The position numbers and the translations under genes were made by a program. Below, in pieces: positions 1-11,199 of a DNA stretch of 64,000 bases. Each line of letters starts with the position of its first letter. The first letter of the stretch is position 1. Source of the DNA: an uncultured Chloroflexia bacterium. Its GTDB lineage: Bacteria > Chloroflexota > Anaerolineae > JAAYZQ01. The notes under the pieces were generated by a model. The model did not search any database, had not been told where the DNA came from, and was given only the letters and a program-made list of their open reading frames with translations. The stretch lies in the NCBI GenBank assembly GCA_963700285.1, contig CAVOXA010000001.1:1312001-1376000 (forward strand). The letters run 5' to 3'.

Positions 1-917
1 CTCGGCGCTCGACAACCGGCCCCTTCCAGTTCCGCGAGTTCGAGGAGCGCGTCGACCAGGTGATCTATGCCTCGGCCACGCCGGGGCCCTACGAACAGCG
101 AGATGTCGGCTCAGGTCGTTGACCAGATCATCCGTCCCACCGGTCTGGTCGGTACCCGGAAGTGATCGTCGGGCCCGACCAAAGGGCGGGTCGATGACCT
201 GCTCGGCCGATCCGCAAGCAGGACGAGCGGGGCGAGCGGGTGCTGGTAACGACCCTGACCCAGCGGATCGCCGAGGATCTGGCGGACTACCTGGCCGAAC
301 TGGGCCTCAAGGTCCGCTACCTCCACTCGGAGATGCGGACCTTGAGAGCGCGTTCGAGATCTTGCGTGATCCTGCGCCTCGGCGTGCACGATGTGGTGGT
401 AGGCATCGACCTGTTGCGCGAGGGCCTGGACCTTCCGGAGGTCTCGCTCGTGGCCATCCTGGTGCCGACAAGGAGGGTTTCTTGCTGCTCTGACACGGCC
501 CTCGTCCAGACCATCGGGCAGAGCCACCCGCACGTCAACGGCCAGGCTGATCATGTACGCGGCCAGTACCACGGACTCGATGCAGCGGGCCATTGATCGA
601 CGCATGATCGCCGGGCCGTCCAGGAGAAGTATAATGAAGAGCAGCGCCGGCATCAGCCGCCGAGAGCATCGTCGAGAGAGGTCGGCAATCGTACCCGCAC
701 CGAGTGCGCATGGTCGGCAGAGCGAACGGGCAGATACCGCCCCACAGGCGAATCTGCCCCGGCTGAAGTCAGGCCTACCTGATCGGCGGCTGGCGGCGCG
801 GTCGAGCAGGCTACCGCGACCTGGAATTCGAGAAGGCGGCCCTGCTCCGCGATCAGATCTTTGAACTTCGCAGAGCGGTTGGAGGACGAGGCCGTGCCCA
901 AGTGGGAGCCGATCTGA
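1..917 (+). CDS. uvrB: Excinuclease ABC subunit B, C-terminal part (5'-truncated by window, multiply frameshifted)
   Basis: Motifs across frames: [66 protein letters not shown], and C-terminal UVR motif [13 protein letters not shown]. The 3' end is approximate. Confidence 0.9.
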
Positions 918-1071
918 AAAGAGAACCGCCAACGGTAGGCTTGAACCAGACTTGCACCTGTTACCGACCCTGGCCCACCTCCCGCGAAGATACTCGACCT
1001 GGACCTCATCCGAGTTATCGGTTCACAGATCCCTGGCCCGCCACAGCCCTGGAATTCCAGTTGTCTCACCC

Positions 1072-2129
1072 CTAGGCTGCTTCGAAGGACGCCCTGGCCA
1101 CATCCAGCGCTTCGTCAATGTCTTCAGCCGTTCGATGCCGTGATCCGGTTCGCAGCGCGAAAGCGACTGCCGCCCATGGCCCCGACCTGACCCCTCGCGC
1201 TGCCAGGCCGCATGGAACCTTGCTGGCTTCAGGGCCTTCGGGCGCTGTCTCAAAGATGACGAGGTTGGTCGGGACCCGGTCCAGGTCCAGCACGATGCCG
1301 GGCAAACGGCCAGCCCTCCGCCAGCTTGTGGGCGTTGGCCTGGTCCTCAGCCATGCGGTCGACCATGGTTTCCAGGGCCACGATACCGGCTGCAGCAAGC
1401 ACGCCTGCCTGTCGCATGCCGCCTCCCAGCAGCTTGCGCTGCCGCCGTGTTTCCGCGACGAACGGCGCCGGGCCGCACCCAGCGCTCCCACCGGCGCGGC
1501 CAAACCCTTGGATAGGCAAAACGTTACCGAATCCGCATCGAGGGTCAGGTCGGCCACGGGTACGCCCAGCGCTACGGCCGCGTTAAACACCCGCGCCCCA
1601 TCCAGATCGACGGCCCGGCCATGGCGGTCCGCCAGGGCGCGGACCTGGCTCATGTACGCAGGGGTGAGCGCCGGCCCCGCCGCAGCGGTTATGCGTGTTC
1701 TCCAGGCAGATGAGCCGGCTGTGGGGATGATGCGGGTTGTCGGTCGGCCGGATAGCCGCTTCGATGTCGGCGAGGTCAAGCGTGCCGTCGGGCTGGTTGG
1801 GCACCGTCCGGGGGTGGATGCCGCCTACGGCAGCAGCACCGCCCGCCTCGAAAAAGAAAAGTGTGGGCCATGTGGCCCATGATCGCTTCCTGGCCCCGCT
1901 GGCAGTGGGCCAGCAGGGCGGACCCAGGTTGCCCATGGTGCCGCTGACCACGAACAGTCCGGCCTCCTTGCCCATTCGTTCGGCCGCCATTGCTTCCAGG
2001 CGATTGACTGTCGGGTCTTCACCATCACGTCATCGCCAAGTTCCGGCCTCGAACATGGCCTGGCGCATGGCGGGGGTGGGCAGGGTTACTGTGTCGCTCC
2101 GCAAATCGATGAATCTCAGAAGGCTCCAT
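1072..2129 (-). CDS. ltaE: Low-specificity L-threonine aldolase (PLP-dependent), frameshifted in this assembly
   Basis: [55 protein letters not shown] (PLP lysine), [11 protein letters not shown] at 2129 with AGGAGG upstream. Confidence 0.88.
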
Positions 2130-2175
2130 TGCGTTCTTCCTCCTATATTGAAGGGACTGGCGTTCTTCCAGGGGC

Positions 2176-2204
2176 ATTGTACTGCAACATCAACAAGTTG
2201 GCAA
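2176..2204 (-). promoter_or_regulatory. sigma70-type promoter for ltaE
   Basis: TTGCCA-17 nt-TACAAT on the minus strand, ~47 nt upstream of the start. Confidence 0.55.
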
Positions 2205-2241
2205 GAAACCCACGCCCACAGCATCCATTCGGCCCTGAGCT

Positions 2242-2349
2242 GTCATTCCCGCGCAAGCTTGGCCCGAGTAGAATCTCCCTCCGGGAGTTGCACCCTGGGA
2301 ACCAACCGGTTTCAATCGGTCATTCTCCCATGCTCCTGGCGGGAATCCA
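2242..2349. repeat. Two degenerate REP-like units of the GTCATTCCCGC...GCGGGAATCCA type
   Basis: GTCATTCCCGCGCAAGC at 2242 and GTCATTCTCCCATGCTCCTGGCGGGAATCCA at 2319-2349 in a divergent intergenic region. Confidence 0.5.
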
Positions 2350-2379
2350 CGTGAGCCCGGCCTCCAGCAACCTGCAACC

Positions 2380-2408
2380 TGGACTTTTCGGATCAGATGC
2401 GCTACAAT
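2380..2408 (+). promoter_or_regulatory. sigma70-type promoter for the MFS-amidohydrolase-GNAT unit
   Basis: TGGACT-17 nt-TACAAT, followed by AAGGAGG and ATG at 2441. Confidence 0.45.
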
Positions 2409-2440
2409 CCGGCAGCGAACGCTGTCAAGGAGGCAGCGCC

Positions 2441-3737
2441 ATGGTTGCTGCAAGGCAGAAAGTCATGTACTCTCCAAGGACGCCCCTTTGAGCGATAGAG
2501 TGCCGAATATACGCGGGTCTGCCCGTACGACCACCTGGCGTCTGGTGGAGCAGCCGGGATGGCGCGCCTATTCCTCAACACAGCGCTGCGCATGGGCTAC
2601 CCATTTGCGCCAGCGCTCAGCCGTGGACTGGGTGTGCCGCTCGACCTCGATGACCTCGGGTCTCGCCCTCAGCCAGTTGACCGGCTTCTTTGGTATCATT
2701 ACTGGGCCCATGGCCGATGGCTGGGGCAGGCGACGGATGATGCTCGCCGGGATGACCATGCTTGCTGGCGGCATGCTGGTTGCGGCAGCCCATCCAACCT
2801 TTGTGACCGTGCTGATGGCCCTCTTTCTAGCTGGATTCGGCAAGACCTTCTTCGACCCGGCGCTAAAGGCCTACGTCGGCGATTGGATTCCCTACGAACG
2901 CCGAGGGGCGGGTCATGGGCGTTCTCGAGTTCTCCTCGGCAGCGAGTCTGCTGTTCGGTATGCCACTCGTCGCCCTGTTGATAAGCCGCTTTGGATGGCG
3001 GTCTCCCTTCTTCTCCTGGGTGCTGCCGGCCTGGTGAGTGCAGCCTCCATACTATTGCTGTTCCCTCGGGGACGCCTGCGGGCTCAGTACTCGGTAGTCG
3101 CGGCAGGCCTTCTCAGTGCCTGGCAGCACCTGGCTGGCGAACCGGCGGCCCTCTGGGTACTGGCTTCCAGTGTGTTGGTCGCCGCAGCCAACCTCGCTCT
3201 CTTTGTCGTCTATGGCGCTTGGATGGAGCAGTCTTTCTCCTTGAGCATTGTTGCGCTTGGAACGACCGGCTTGCTCATTGGCCTCAGCGAGTTGTTGGGC
3301 GAAAGCCTCACCGCCTTAACCTCTGACCGGATCGGTCTGAAGCACGCGCTCCTCATCGGCTCGGCCCTCCTGGTCGGCAGTTACTGTCTGTTGCCCTGGT
3401 TTGGCCACAGCCTGTCGATGGCCTGGCGGGCTTGTTCATCGTCTTTGTCTGCTACGAGTTCGTGGTCGTCACCGCGATGTCCCTGTCCACTGAGATACTG
3501 CCTCATGCCCGCGCGACGATGATCTCTGCGCTCATTGTGGCCAGTAGCCTTGGCCGTGCGGTGGGCACCGCTGGCGGGGCACTGGTTTGGGAGGAGGGCG
3601 GGCTGCTGGCAATCAGTATCTTCGCAGCAGTGATCACGGCGTTCAGCTTGTTGTGTTTGGTCTGGGGGCTGCGCAATTGGCGCCCCGAGAGCGCACTCTC
3701 TCCCCGGAGCCTGGGGGTCTCAGAGGAGGATCTTCGA
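2441..3737 (+). CDS. MFS transporter (frameshifted; stop codon apparently lost)
   Basis: Hydrophobic helices over ORFs 2559, 2488 and 3432; motif A GPMADGWGRRRMML; second-half motif TSDRIGLKHAL. Confidence 0.8.
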
Positions 3738-5125
3738 ATGACCGATATTCTCGTCAAGAATGGCACCATTGCCACAATGGATCAGCAGGCTAATGTCTAC
3801 CAAAACGGCAGCCTGTACGTCAAGGATGGCAGGATTGTCGCGGTAGGAGAGCAAGTCGATGTCTCTGGCAGTCCGGATCACATCATCGATGCGGAACACA
3901 AGGTGGTTCTCCCGGCTTTGTGAATGCCCACGCCCACCTCCAGCAGTACTTTCGGGGCGTCTATGAGCTGGTCGACGAGTTCTACAAGGTCGATCTTCCC
4001 CTGGAAGGGTACCGCCGTCCCGAAGACATGGAATACCTGGGCCTCGCCTCTTGCGCCGAGTTCATCTATGGCGGTTGCACCACGGCCATGGTCATCTAAC
4101 CTACCCCGATGGCTTTGCCAGGGCTGTGAGCGAGGCTGGCAACCGGGTTATCTTGGCAGCCGATATCGAGGAGGTGGATCTCGACAGGCTTGGGGCAGGG
4201 GGTCTATGAATACCTGCCTGAGAAAGGGGACGCAGCCTTCGAGCGCGCCCAGGACCTCTACCGGAACTGGCATGGGAACGCAGGTGGCCGCATAACCACC
4301 ATCATGGCGCCCAAAGCTCCGGATCTGGCTCGGGCCGAAACCTACCTGCGCTGCAAGGCATTCGCTGACAGCCACGGCCTGAGATTGACCACACACCTCT
4401 CCCAGAGCTGGCGTGAGGTCAAACAGGTAGAAAAACTGTATGGCAAGACGCCGCCCCAGCATCTGCACGACCTGGGCATTCTCGACGAACAATTGACCGG
4501 TGCTCACTGTACTTACGCTACCGAGCTGGATACCCAGCTTATCGCAGAGGCTGGCATGGGCATTCTGCACTGCCGATCCGTCACCAATCCGCTCGTCCGC
4601 TGGATGGACATGGGCATACCTGTTGGCCTGGGAACCGACGACTACCACCACGACATGCTCCAGCTCCTGAGGGAGAACCTGGCGGGCCAGGCCGCGCGCG
4701 CCCGGCTCATCGAAGGGGCCGAAGAGATGCTGGCCAGTGACCGGCGTACCTCCCGGCCCAGCTTTTACGAACTCCTCGAGCTGGCTACCCGGCGTGGCGC
4801 AGAAACCTTGGGCATCGACGGAGAGGTGGGCTCCCTGGAGCCAGGCAAAAAGGCCGACATCATCACCATCAACATGCAGAACCCCTACCTGACGCCCACC
4901 CTGGATCCCCTCACCAGTATCGTGCTGTATGGTTCTTCGCGGGATGTTGACACGGTCATCGTGGATGGGCGTGTCCTCAAGAAAGATGGAAACCTCACCA
5001 GCCTGGATCTGAAGGAGGCGCTGGCCACCGGTCAGGCGAGAGTCGAGCAGATCATTGGCAGGTTTTTTCAAGAGCATCCTGATCAGAAAAGCGCCTGGCT
5101 GCGCAGGGTCCCGTATTTGGGGTAG
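3738..5125 (+). CDS. Metal-dependent amidohydrolase (MtaD/SsnA-like deaminase), frameshifted
   Basis: GAGGAGG before ATG 3738; MTDILVKNGTIATMD, VVLPGFVNAHAHL (HxH), TTHLSQ, GAHC, VGLGTDD, GSLEPGKKADII. Confidence 0.85.
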
Positions 5126-5155
5126 CCTGCCCGGTTCGCCAAGCACGTCTGTGGA

Positions 5156-5710
5156 GTGAGCGTGATGAGCATCATCCGACAAAATCTGCCCCTCACCATG
5201 GTACGGGACAACCTCGAGGGAATCCCCCGCCATGGCCTGCCTGTTGGTTATTCGATGCGGAGGTACCAGCCGGGCGACAAACGCCTTTGGGAAGAGATCC
5301 ACCGCCTGGCCGATCCGTACAGCGCCATCGCCCCTCACCTCTTCGGCCAGGAGTTTGGACCTGACGAATCAGTGCTGGCAGAGCGCCAATTCTACCTCCT
5401 GGACGCTCGGCAGCGGGCGATTGGTACGGCCACCGCGTGGTATGATGATGACTTTGAGGGAGTGGGCTATGGTCGCGTTCACTGGGTAGCCATCGTTCCA
5501 GAGTACCAGGGCCAGGGGTTGGCCAAGCCGCTAATGGCGGCTATCTGCTGCCGGCTGCGGGAATTGGGGCATGAGCGCGCCTATCTGAGGACCTCTTCCG
5601 CCCGCATTCCGGCTATTCATCTGTACCTGCGCTTTGGCTTCATTCCCTTGATCGATGGACCTGACGGACTCGGGCTCTGGCGACAACTTGAAAAAGAACT
5701 CGGGCGGTGA
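5156..5710 (+). CDS. GNAT family N-acetyltransferase
   Basis: Acetyl-CoA motif VAIVPEYQGQGLAK and C-terminal AIHLYLRFGF; intact ORF. Confidence 0.85.
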   Translation: MSVMSIIRQNLPLTMVRDNLEGIPRHGLPVGYSMRRYQPGDKRLWEEIHRLADPYSAIAPHLFGQEFGPDESVLAERQFYLLDARQRAIGTATAWYDDDFEGVGYGRVHWVAIVPEYQGQGLAKPLMAAICCRLRELGHERAYLRTSSARIPAIHLYLRFGFIPLIDGPDGLGLWRQLEKELGR

Positions 5711-6456
5711 GCGCCTGTGGTTGGACGATGCGGTGATGGTATACCTTCCTCTGTTCCGCATCCCGTCCCGCTCTGCTGTGGGAGGGCCTTTGGTGCACAT
5801 CTCCAGGCTTGCCCATCATCCCTCACGAAGGGCATTGTCTATGCATGTGCTCATCTTTTCTGCCAGGACCCGCATGTGGGATTCTTCTACCGCGATACCA
5901 TGGGCACCAACGATGGATACGTGACTGCCAGGGATCTCGTGGACTTGAGCACCTCCCTCCGCAAACTCGCCCCAACCCGCCCGCGGGCTGTCGGCATCGC
6001 TCAAAGTCGCCTTGGCCAGAAAGATCTCAATCCGACCTGGGTAGGGGCGTGGAACGTAGCGCCTTACGGCCCACAAGTTGGCCAGGACCTTTAGCCTGAG
6101 GCGCATATAGTCTCGCTGTCCGGTGGAGGGTAGTTCAACTATCCTGTGCGTGTGGTGGCCAATGCGTTGCCGAAATGTTCGAAGGAGGTAAGACACAAAG
6201 CGTAGGGTGGTCTGCAGCCCAGGACTTCGCAGGGGTGAGGGTTCCACCATGGCCAGGAGAGGCACTTTCTGTCCCTGTGCCCAGAGTTGTTGAGCCATCT
6301 CAAAGGCCACAACGGCGCCCGAGCACACCCCAGCCAGGAGATAGGGGCCCTCGTGCTGCACGCGACGGATCTCATGCAGATAGCGTGCAGCCATTGCCTC
6401 GATCCAGACTCAGTAGATCCAATTCTGTATCGATAGCGTGCTAGCCTGTGTGGAAA

Positions 6457-6485
6457 TTGTCAGGCTTGCCCAAACCTTGTAAGAT
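6457..6485 (+). promoter_or_regulatory. Putative transposase promoter inside the IS left end
   Basis: TTGTCA-17 nt-TAAGAT, then AAGGAGG before ATG 6524. Confidence 0.4.
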
Positions 6486-6523
6486 TGTAAGCACCACACC
6501 GACAATCCAAGGAGGGCAAGCCC

Positions 6524-7690
6524 ATGAAGGATGATACACTGAAATTGACTGATCAGCAAGTACTTGAACAGGCGCGTGTTGGCCTTCAGAAGCATTTGGC
6601 CCTGGAGGCAAAAGGCTTCAAGTGCTCCACGGAGGATCTGTTGAATGTGCTGTTGGCCGTTGGTGCCACGGGGAATACCATCGAGTCGGTTTGCGCTGAC
6701 CTGATTGGTACCCCACACCCGGAGACCATTCGCCAGTACTTGAATGAGCAACTGACCGTGGAAGGCTTGCCTGATCTGGAGCGCAGCTTGAATGCTGCCC
6801 TGGCAGCCCAAAGCCCACTGCGCGTCTGGCGTCAGTCTCGCGATATTGCCATTGACCTGCATGACCGATCGTACTACGGTAAAACCTCGCAAGAAGAAGG
6901 CCTTTGGGTTCGGGGCAAAGCCAAGAATGGCACGACGCGGTTCTACCGTGTCGCTACGGCCTACGTCATCCTGCGAGGACTGCGCGTAACCTTGGCTCTT
7001 CGTTTCTTCTTGCCGGATGATGACATAGTCACGGTGCTGGATATCTTGCTGCGTCAGCTTGAAAAGATAGAAATCCGTGTGAAACGATTGCTTTTGGACA
7101 AAGGGTTCGCCAGCATTGCGGGCATGGAATATCTGACCGAGCGTCAGATACCAGCTCTGATTGCCTGCCCCATCCGTGGGCGGACGGGCGGTACACGCGC
7201 CTTGTGTCGTGGGAACAAGAGCTATAGCACAACGCACACCTTCCAGAGCCAGAACAAGAAACCCTTCACCGCTCAGATGGTAGTCTGCCGGGTGTTCACC
7301 ACGGCCCAGCGTACAGGGCGGATGAAGCGCCGTGCCGATTGGCTGATCTTCATCTCGATCAATCTGGACCTGTCGCCCCGCCAAGCGCGTCGACTGTACC
7401 GCAAACGGTTCGGCATTGAAACCGGTTATAGATGCGCCAACCAAGTACGGGGCTGGACCACATCCAAGAACGCTGCCTATCGATTCGTGCTCATCGGACT
7501 GAGCTTCTTTCTGCTGAACGTGTGGCTGCACTTGCGTTGGCATTACACCCAGCTTCCGCGCCGTGGCTGCCGCTTGTTAGACACCAAGCGATTCCAATTG
7601 AATCGGTTTTCCAAGTTTGTTACCCGTGCATTGGAGCAACACTATGGTTGCGTTCATGAAATCATCGCACCAGCCGCGCCTCGGCCCTAA
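6524..7690 (+). CDS. DDE transposase (ISH3 family, IS4-like fold)
   Basis: IAIDLHDRSYYG, KAKNGTTRFYRVAT, LLLDKGF, YRKRFGIETGYR (Y-R-E signature); intact 388 aa. Confidence 0.9.
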   Translation: MKDDTLKLTDQQVLEQARVGLQKHLALEAKGFKCSTEDLLNVLLAVGATGNTIESVCADLIGTPHPETIRQYLNEQLTVEGLPDLERSLNAALAAQSPLRVWRQSRDIAIDLHDRSYYGKTSQEEGLWVRGKAKNGTTRFYRVATAYVILRGLRVTLALRFFLPDDDIVTVLDILLRQLEKIEIRVKRLLLDKGFASIAGMEYLTERQIPALIACPIRGRTGGTRALCRGNKSYSTTHTFQSQNKKPFTAQMVVCRVFTTAQRTGRMKRRADWLIFISINLDLSPRQARRLYRKRFGIETGYRCANQVRGWTTSKNAAYRFVLIGLSFFLLNVWLHLRWHYTQLPRRGCRLLDTKRFQLNRFSKFVTRALEQHYGCVHEIIAPAAPRP

Positions 7691-10600
7691 TAATTTGGAT
7701 CTACTGAGACTGGATTCTGAGCCCCATCCTGGAGGCCGTAGAACGGTTGCTCAGGGCCGAGGTACTGGGCAAGATCGCCGAGATCAGTGAACACATTGCC
7801 TACATTGCCAGGGACAACAAACAGAGGAGGTCTGGAGCCGGCGAGCCGCATCGACACCAGCGGTGACCATGCTGCTGTCACAGATCCCTTCTCCCGGTCC
7901 ACGGTCGCTGCCAACTCTTCGATGGTTGGCGCCTGAAAGAGGGCGGCCAGCGGCAGCTCTACATTGAGTGTTTTGTTTATGAGGGCTAGCAGGCGTATGC
8001 CCAACAGCGAGTGCCCCCCAAGGTCGAAGAAGTTGTCATGGACGCCTACCCGCTCAACGCCCAGGACTTGGGCCCAGATACTGGCCAGTGCTTCTTCCCC
8101 TGGAGTCCGGGGGGCGGCATAAGCAGCCCCTAACTGAGAAAGACTCCCGTCGGGCTCGGGAAGCGCGTTCCGGTCGACCTTACCGCTGGGCGTGAGAGGC
8201 AGTTGCTCCAGAAACACAAAGGCCGTAGGGACCAGCGCCGCTGGTAGTTGCTGACTCAGATAGGTTCTCAATTGGCCAGCCGTCGCACGTTCTTCCCTTG
8301 AAGCGACCACATAGGCTGCGAGATAGGTCTCCCCCTGCTTCTGCTTCCGGGAGATAACCACACAGGCCTCCACGGCCGGGTGGCGGGCCAAGATGGCGGT
8401 GACCTCGCCAGGTTCTACACGCACCCCTCGGATCTTGACCTGGTCGTCGAGCCGGCCCAGGATCCTCGAGTAGTCCGTCGGGCCGATATCTGCCCCGGTC
8501 GCCCGTATAGTACAGCAGGTCTCCCTCGTCGTTATGGAATGGGTTCGGGGCGAAGCGATTCTGTTCTTCCTCGGAGGCATGGACGTAGCCCAGGGTCCGG
8601 AAGGGTGTGCGCAGCACGATACTCCCCCAGGTTCACCAATACCACACAACCGCTTTCTGTCTGTGAGAACCAATGCCTGGGTCTGTGGCATCGGCCAGCC
8701 TGCAGGTTGGACACCGGGGAGAGGCTCGGCTGGCACACGATAGAAACACTTGACCATGGTGGTCTCGGTGGGCCCATAGAGGTTGATGATTTCGCCTCCA
8801 CCAGAGAAGGTAGCCCGCCATTTGCGAACCAGCGCCTCGGTGAGCGGTTCACCCGCAAAGAACACCCAGCGCATGGCACGCAGAGAGATGCTCGCTGGAG
8901 CATGAGCCAGCCATAGTTGGGCCAGAGATGGCACCGTGTTCACAATCGTGATGCGCTCATGTTCGAGCCACTGCATGAGATTTGCGGATCAAGGGCATCC
9001 GTACCATCTGGCAGACAGAGCGTCGCGCCGCTGACCAACGGCAAGAAGACATCCCGTAGAACTGCGTCAAAGGAAAGGCCAATCAACTGCGCTGCCCGGT
9101 CTCCTGGTCCGACCGAAAAGGTGTCACGCTGCCAGGCAAGGAAATGTCCCAGGCTCTTGTGACAGCCCAATACGCCTTTGGGCACACCCGTCGTGCCAGA
9201 GGTGAAAAAGATGTAGGCCGGATCATCGGGACTCGGGTCTGGCAAAGGACCTGAATCCTGCCCCTCATCCGGCTCTGCACCCATGAACCGGCCTGTCTCT
9301 TGGTCTACCCGTAGAACAACCAGATCTGGCCCTCCAGCCTGACCACCCACCCGCCTCGTAAGCGCCACTGACGCGCAACATTGCCTTCGCAGCAGCCTCT
9401 CGCAGCATGAGCTGCTGTCGCTGGAGGGGAAGTGAGGGATCAATGGGCAAGAGCACGCAGCCACTCATGAATGTGCCGATCATGCTGGCAATCAAACCAA
9501 AGCTCCGCGAACCGAACACTGCTACCACATCCCCTGGCTGCAATCCTCTGGCTAGCAAATGTCGCGCTAGGGAATGGGCACACTCGGACAATGTGCCGTA
9601 GGTCCAGTTTCGTCCAGCTTGGATGACCGCTGGGCTGTCTGGTGCGCGATCTGCCCACGCGGCGAACATTTGCATCACCGTTTCCTGGGGCGGTTCAGCC
9701 AGAAGGGCGCGCGGATCAGGCAGCAAGGGGTGGGCTTCTGATGTCACAAGAGAGAGTGTGTTGATAGGTTTTTCAGGAGCAGAGAGGACCTGCTCGAGCA
9801 ACTGCCGGTATTGCCTCAGCATCTCGGCCATGCGCGCCTGGCTGAATAGGTCGGCATTATAGACGAAACGCAACTGAATGCTCTCGCCCTGGTCCGAGAC
9901 ATACACAGCTAAGTCGAAATTCGAACTTTGTCCCCCTGCGAGGGAGGTTGCTGATGCTGAGCCCTTGCAGAGCCAGGGGTGTGTTCCGTGCGGGGAGCAT
10001 GTTGAAGAAGACCTGAAAGAAGGGAGTACGGCCAAGTTCGCGTTCCGGCTGGAACTCCTCGAGAAGTTTTTCAAAAGGGACATCCTGATGATCATAGGCC
10101 GCCAGGGTGGTCTCGCGCACTCGGTGGAGCAGTTCGAAAAATGATGGCTGCCCGGACAGATTGTGCAGGACCAGATTGTTCAGGAAGAAGCCGATCAAAG
10201 CCTCAGTCTCGCGGGTGATTCCGGCCGGCAATGGGTGTACCGAACGAACGAGACGTCCTCCTGGCCAGTGAGGCGGTAGAGCAGCGCCTTGAACGCGGCC
10301 AGCAAGGTCATGAACAGGGTGGTGCGCTCCCGTTGGCCGAGTGTTTTGAGCGCATGGGTCGTACCCCTTCGGTATCTCCAGGGACTGCGTCCCCCCCCGA
10401 TAGGTCTGCATTGGCGGACGCTGGTGGTCAAGGGGCAGCTCCAGGTTGGGCGGAGCGCCTTCAAGCTGCTGCTTCCAGTAGCCAAGCTGTTTCTCCAATA
10501 CCTTCCCCCGAAGCTACTTCCCTGCTGCCACAGGGCATAGTCCGCGTACTGGATGGGTAGCTCGGGAAGCGGTGAAGGTTTTCCAGCGGCAGAGGCAGCG

Positions 10601-11199
10601 TACAGGTCAGATTTCGCGGCGGAGGATGCCCATTGACCAGCCGTCGGAGATGATGTGGTGGATGCTGAGGAGCAGCACATGCTCTTCATCCTGCAGCCGC
10701 CACAAGGCGGCTCGCAGAAGTGGACCCTGGGCCAGGTCGAAGGGCTGCCGGGCACCCTCCTCAACCAGCCGCTGGACTTTATCCTGCCGCTTGCTCTCGG
10801 GGCAGCTCTCGTAGATCGACCACCGGCAGGCTCAAGGCCAGGGCTGGGAGATCTTTTGCACTGGCCGGCCATCCATGGCGAAGAAGGTGGTTCGCAAAGC
10901 CTCGTGGCGCCGTACTGACCTCGTTAAGGCTCTGCTTCAGCGCTGCTACGTTCAGCGGTCCCAAAATCTGATAGGCTCTGGACATAATGCGGACGGGACT
11001 GCCAGGCTCCAACTGGTCGAGGAACCATAACCGCTCCTGGCCAAAGGACAGCGGTATCTCGTCGAGATCGTGTCTCCGGGGCCTCACCTGTTGCCGAGTC
11101 GGTGCTATTCCTCCTTCCCCTCGAGGAGGTAGGCAAGAAGCTCTAGATTCTCCTTACTAGTGAGTTCATTGCTATCTAGGCGCTTTTCGGTCTGGTGGG

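Larger units (their letters stand above)
6411..7706 (+). mobile_element. ISH3-family insertion sequence, 1296 bp
   Basis: 12-bp perfect terminal inverted repeats CAGTAGATCCAA (6411-6422 / 7695-7706); 5-bp direct repeat AGACT at 6406-6410 and 7707-7711; single transposase ORF. Confidence 0.9.

Noticed and set aside
3432-3923. Apparent MFS-amidohydrolase fusion ORF
   Set aside because: A strong RBS and ATG at 3738 mark a separate gene, and the region is indel-rich, so a lost stop codon is more likely.
1072-5710. Threonine aldolase, MFS, amidohydrolase and GNAT as NRPS supply, export or resistance genes
   Set aside because: They have separate promoters, the MFS unit is convergent with the NRPS genes, and all are generic families. 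Only proximity links them, though the link is not excluded.
6410-7543. 377-aa antisense ORF spanning the IS
   Set aside because: Shadow of the transposase with no recognisable motifs.
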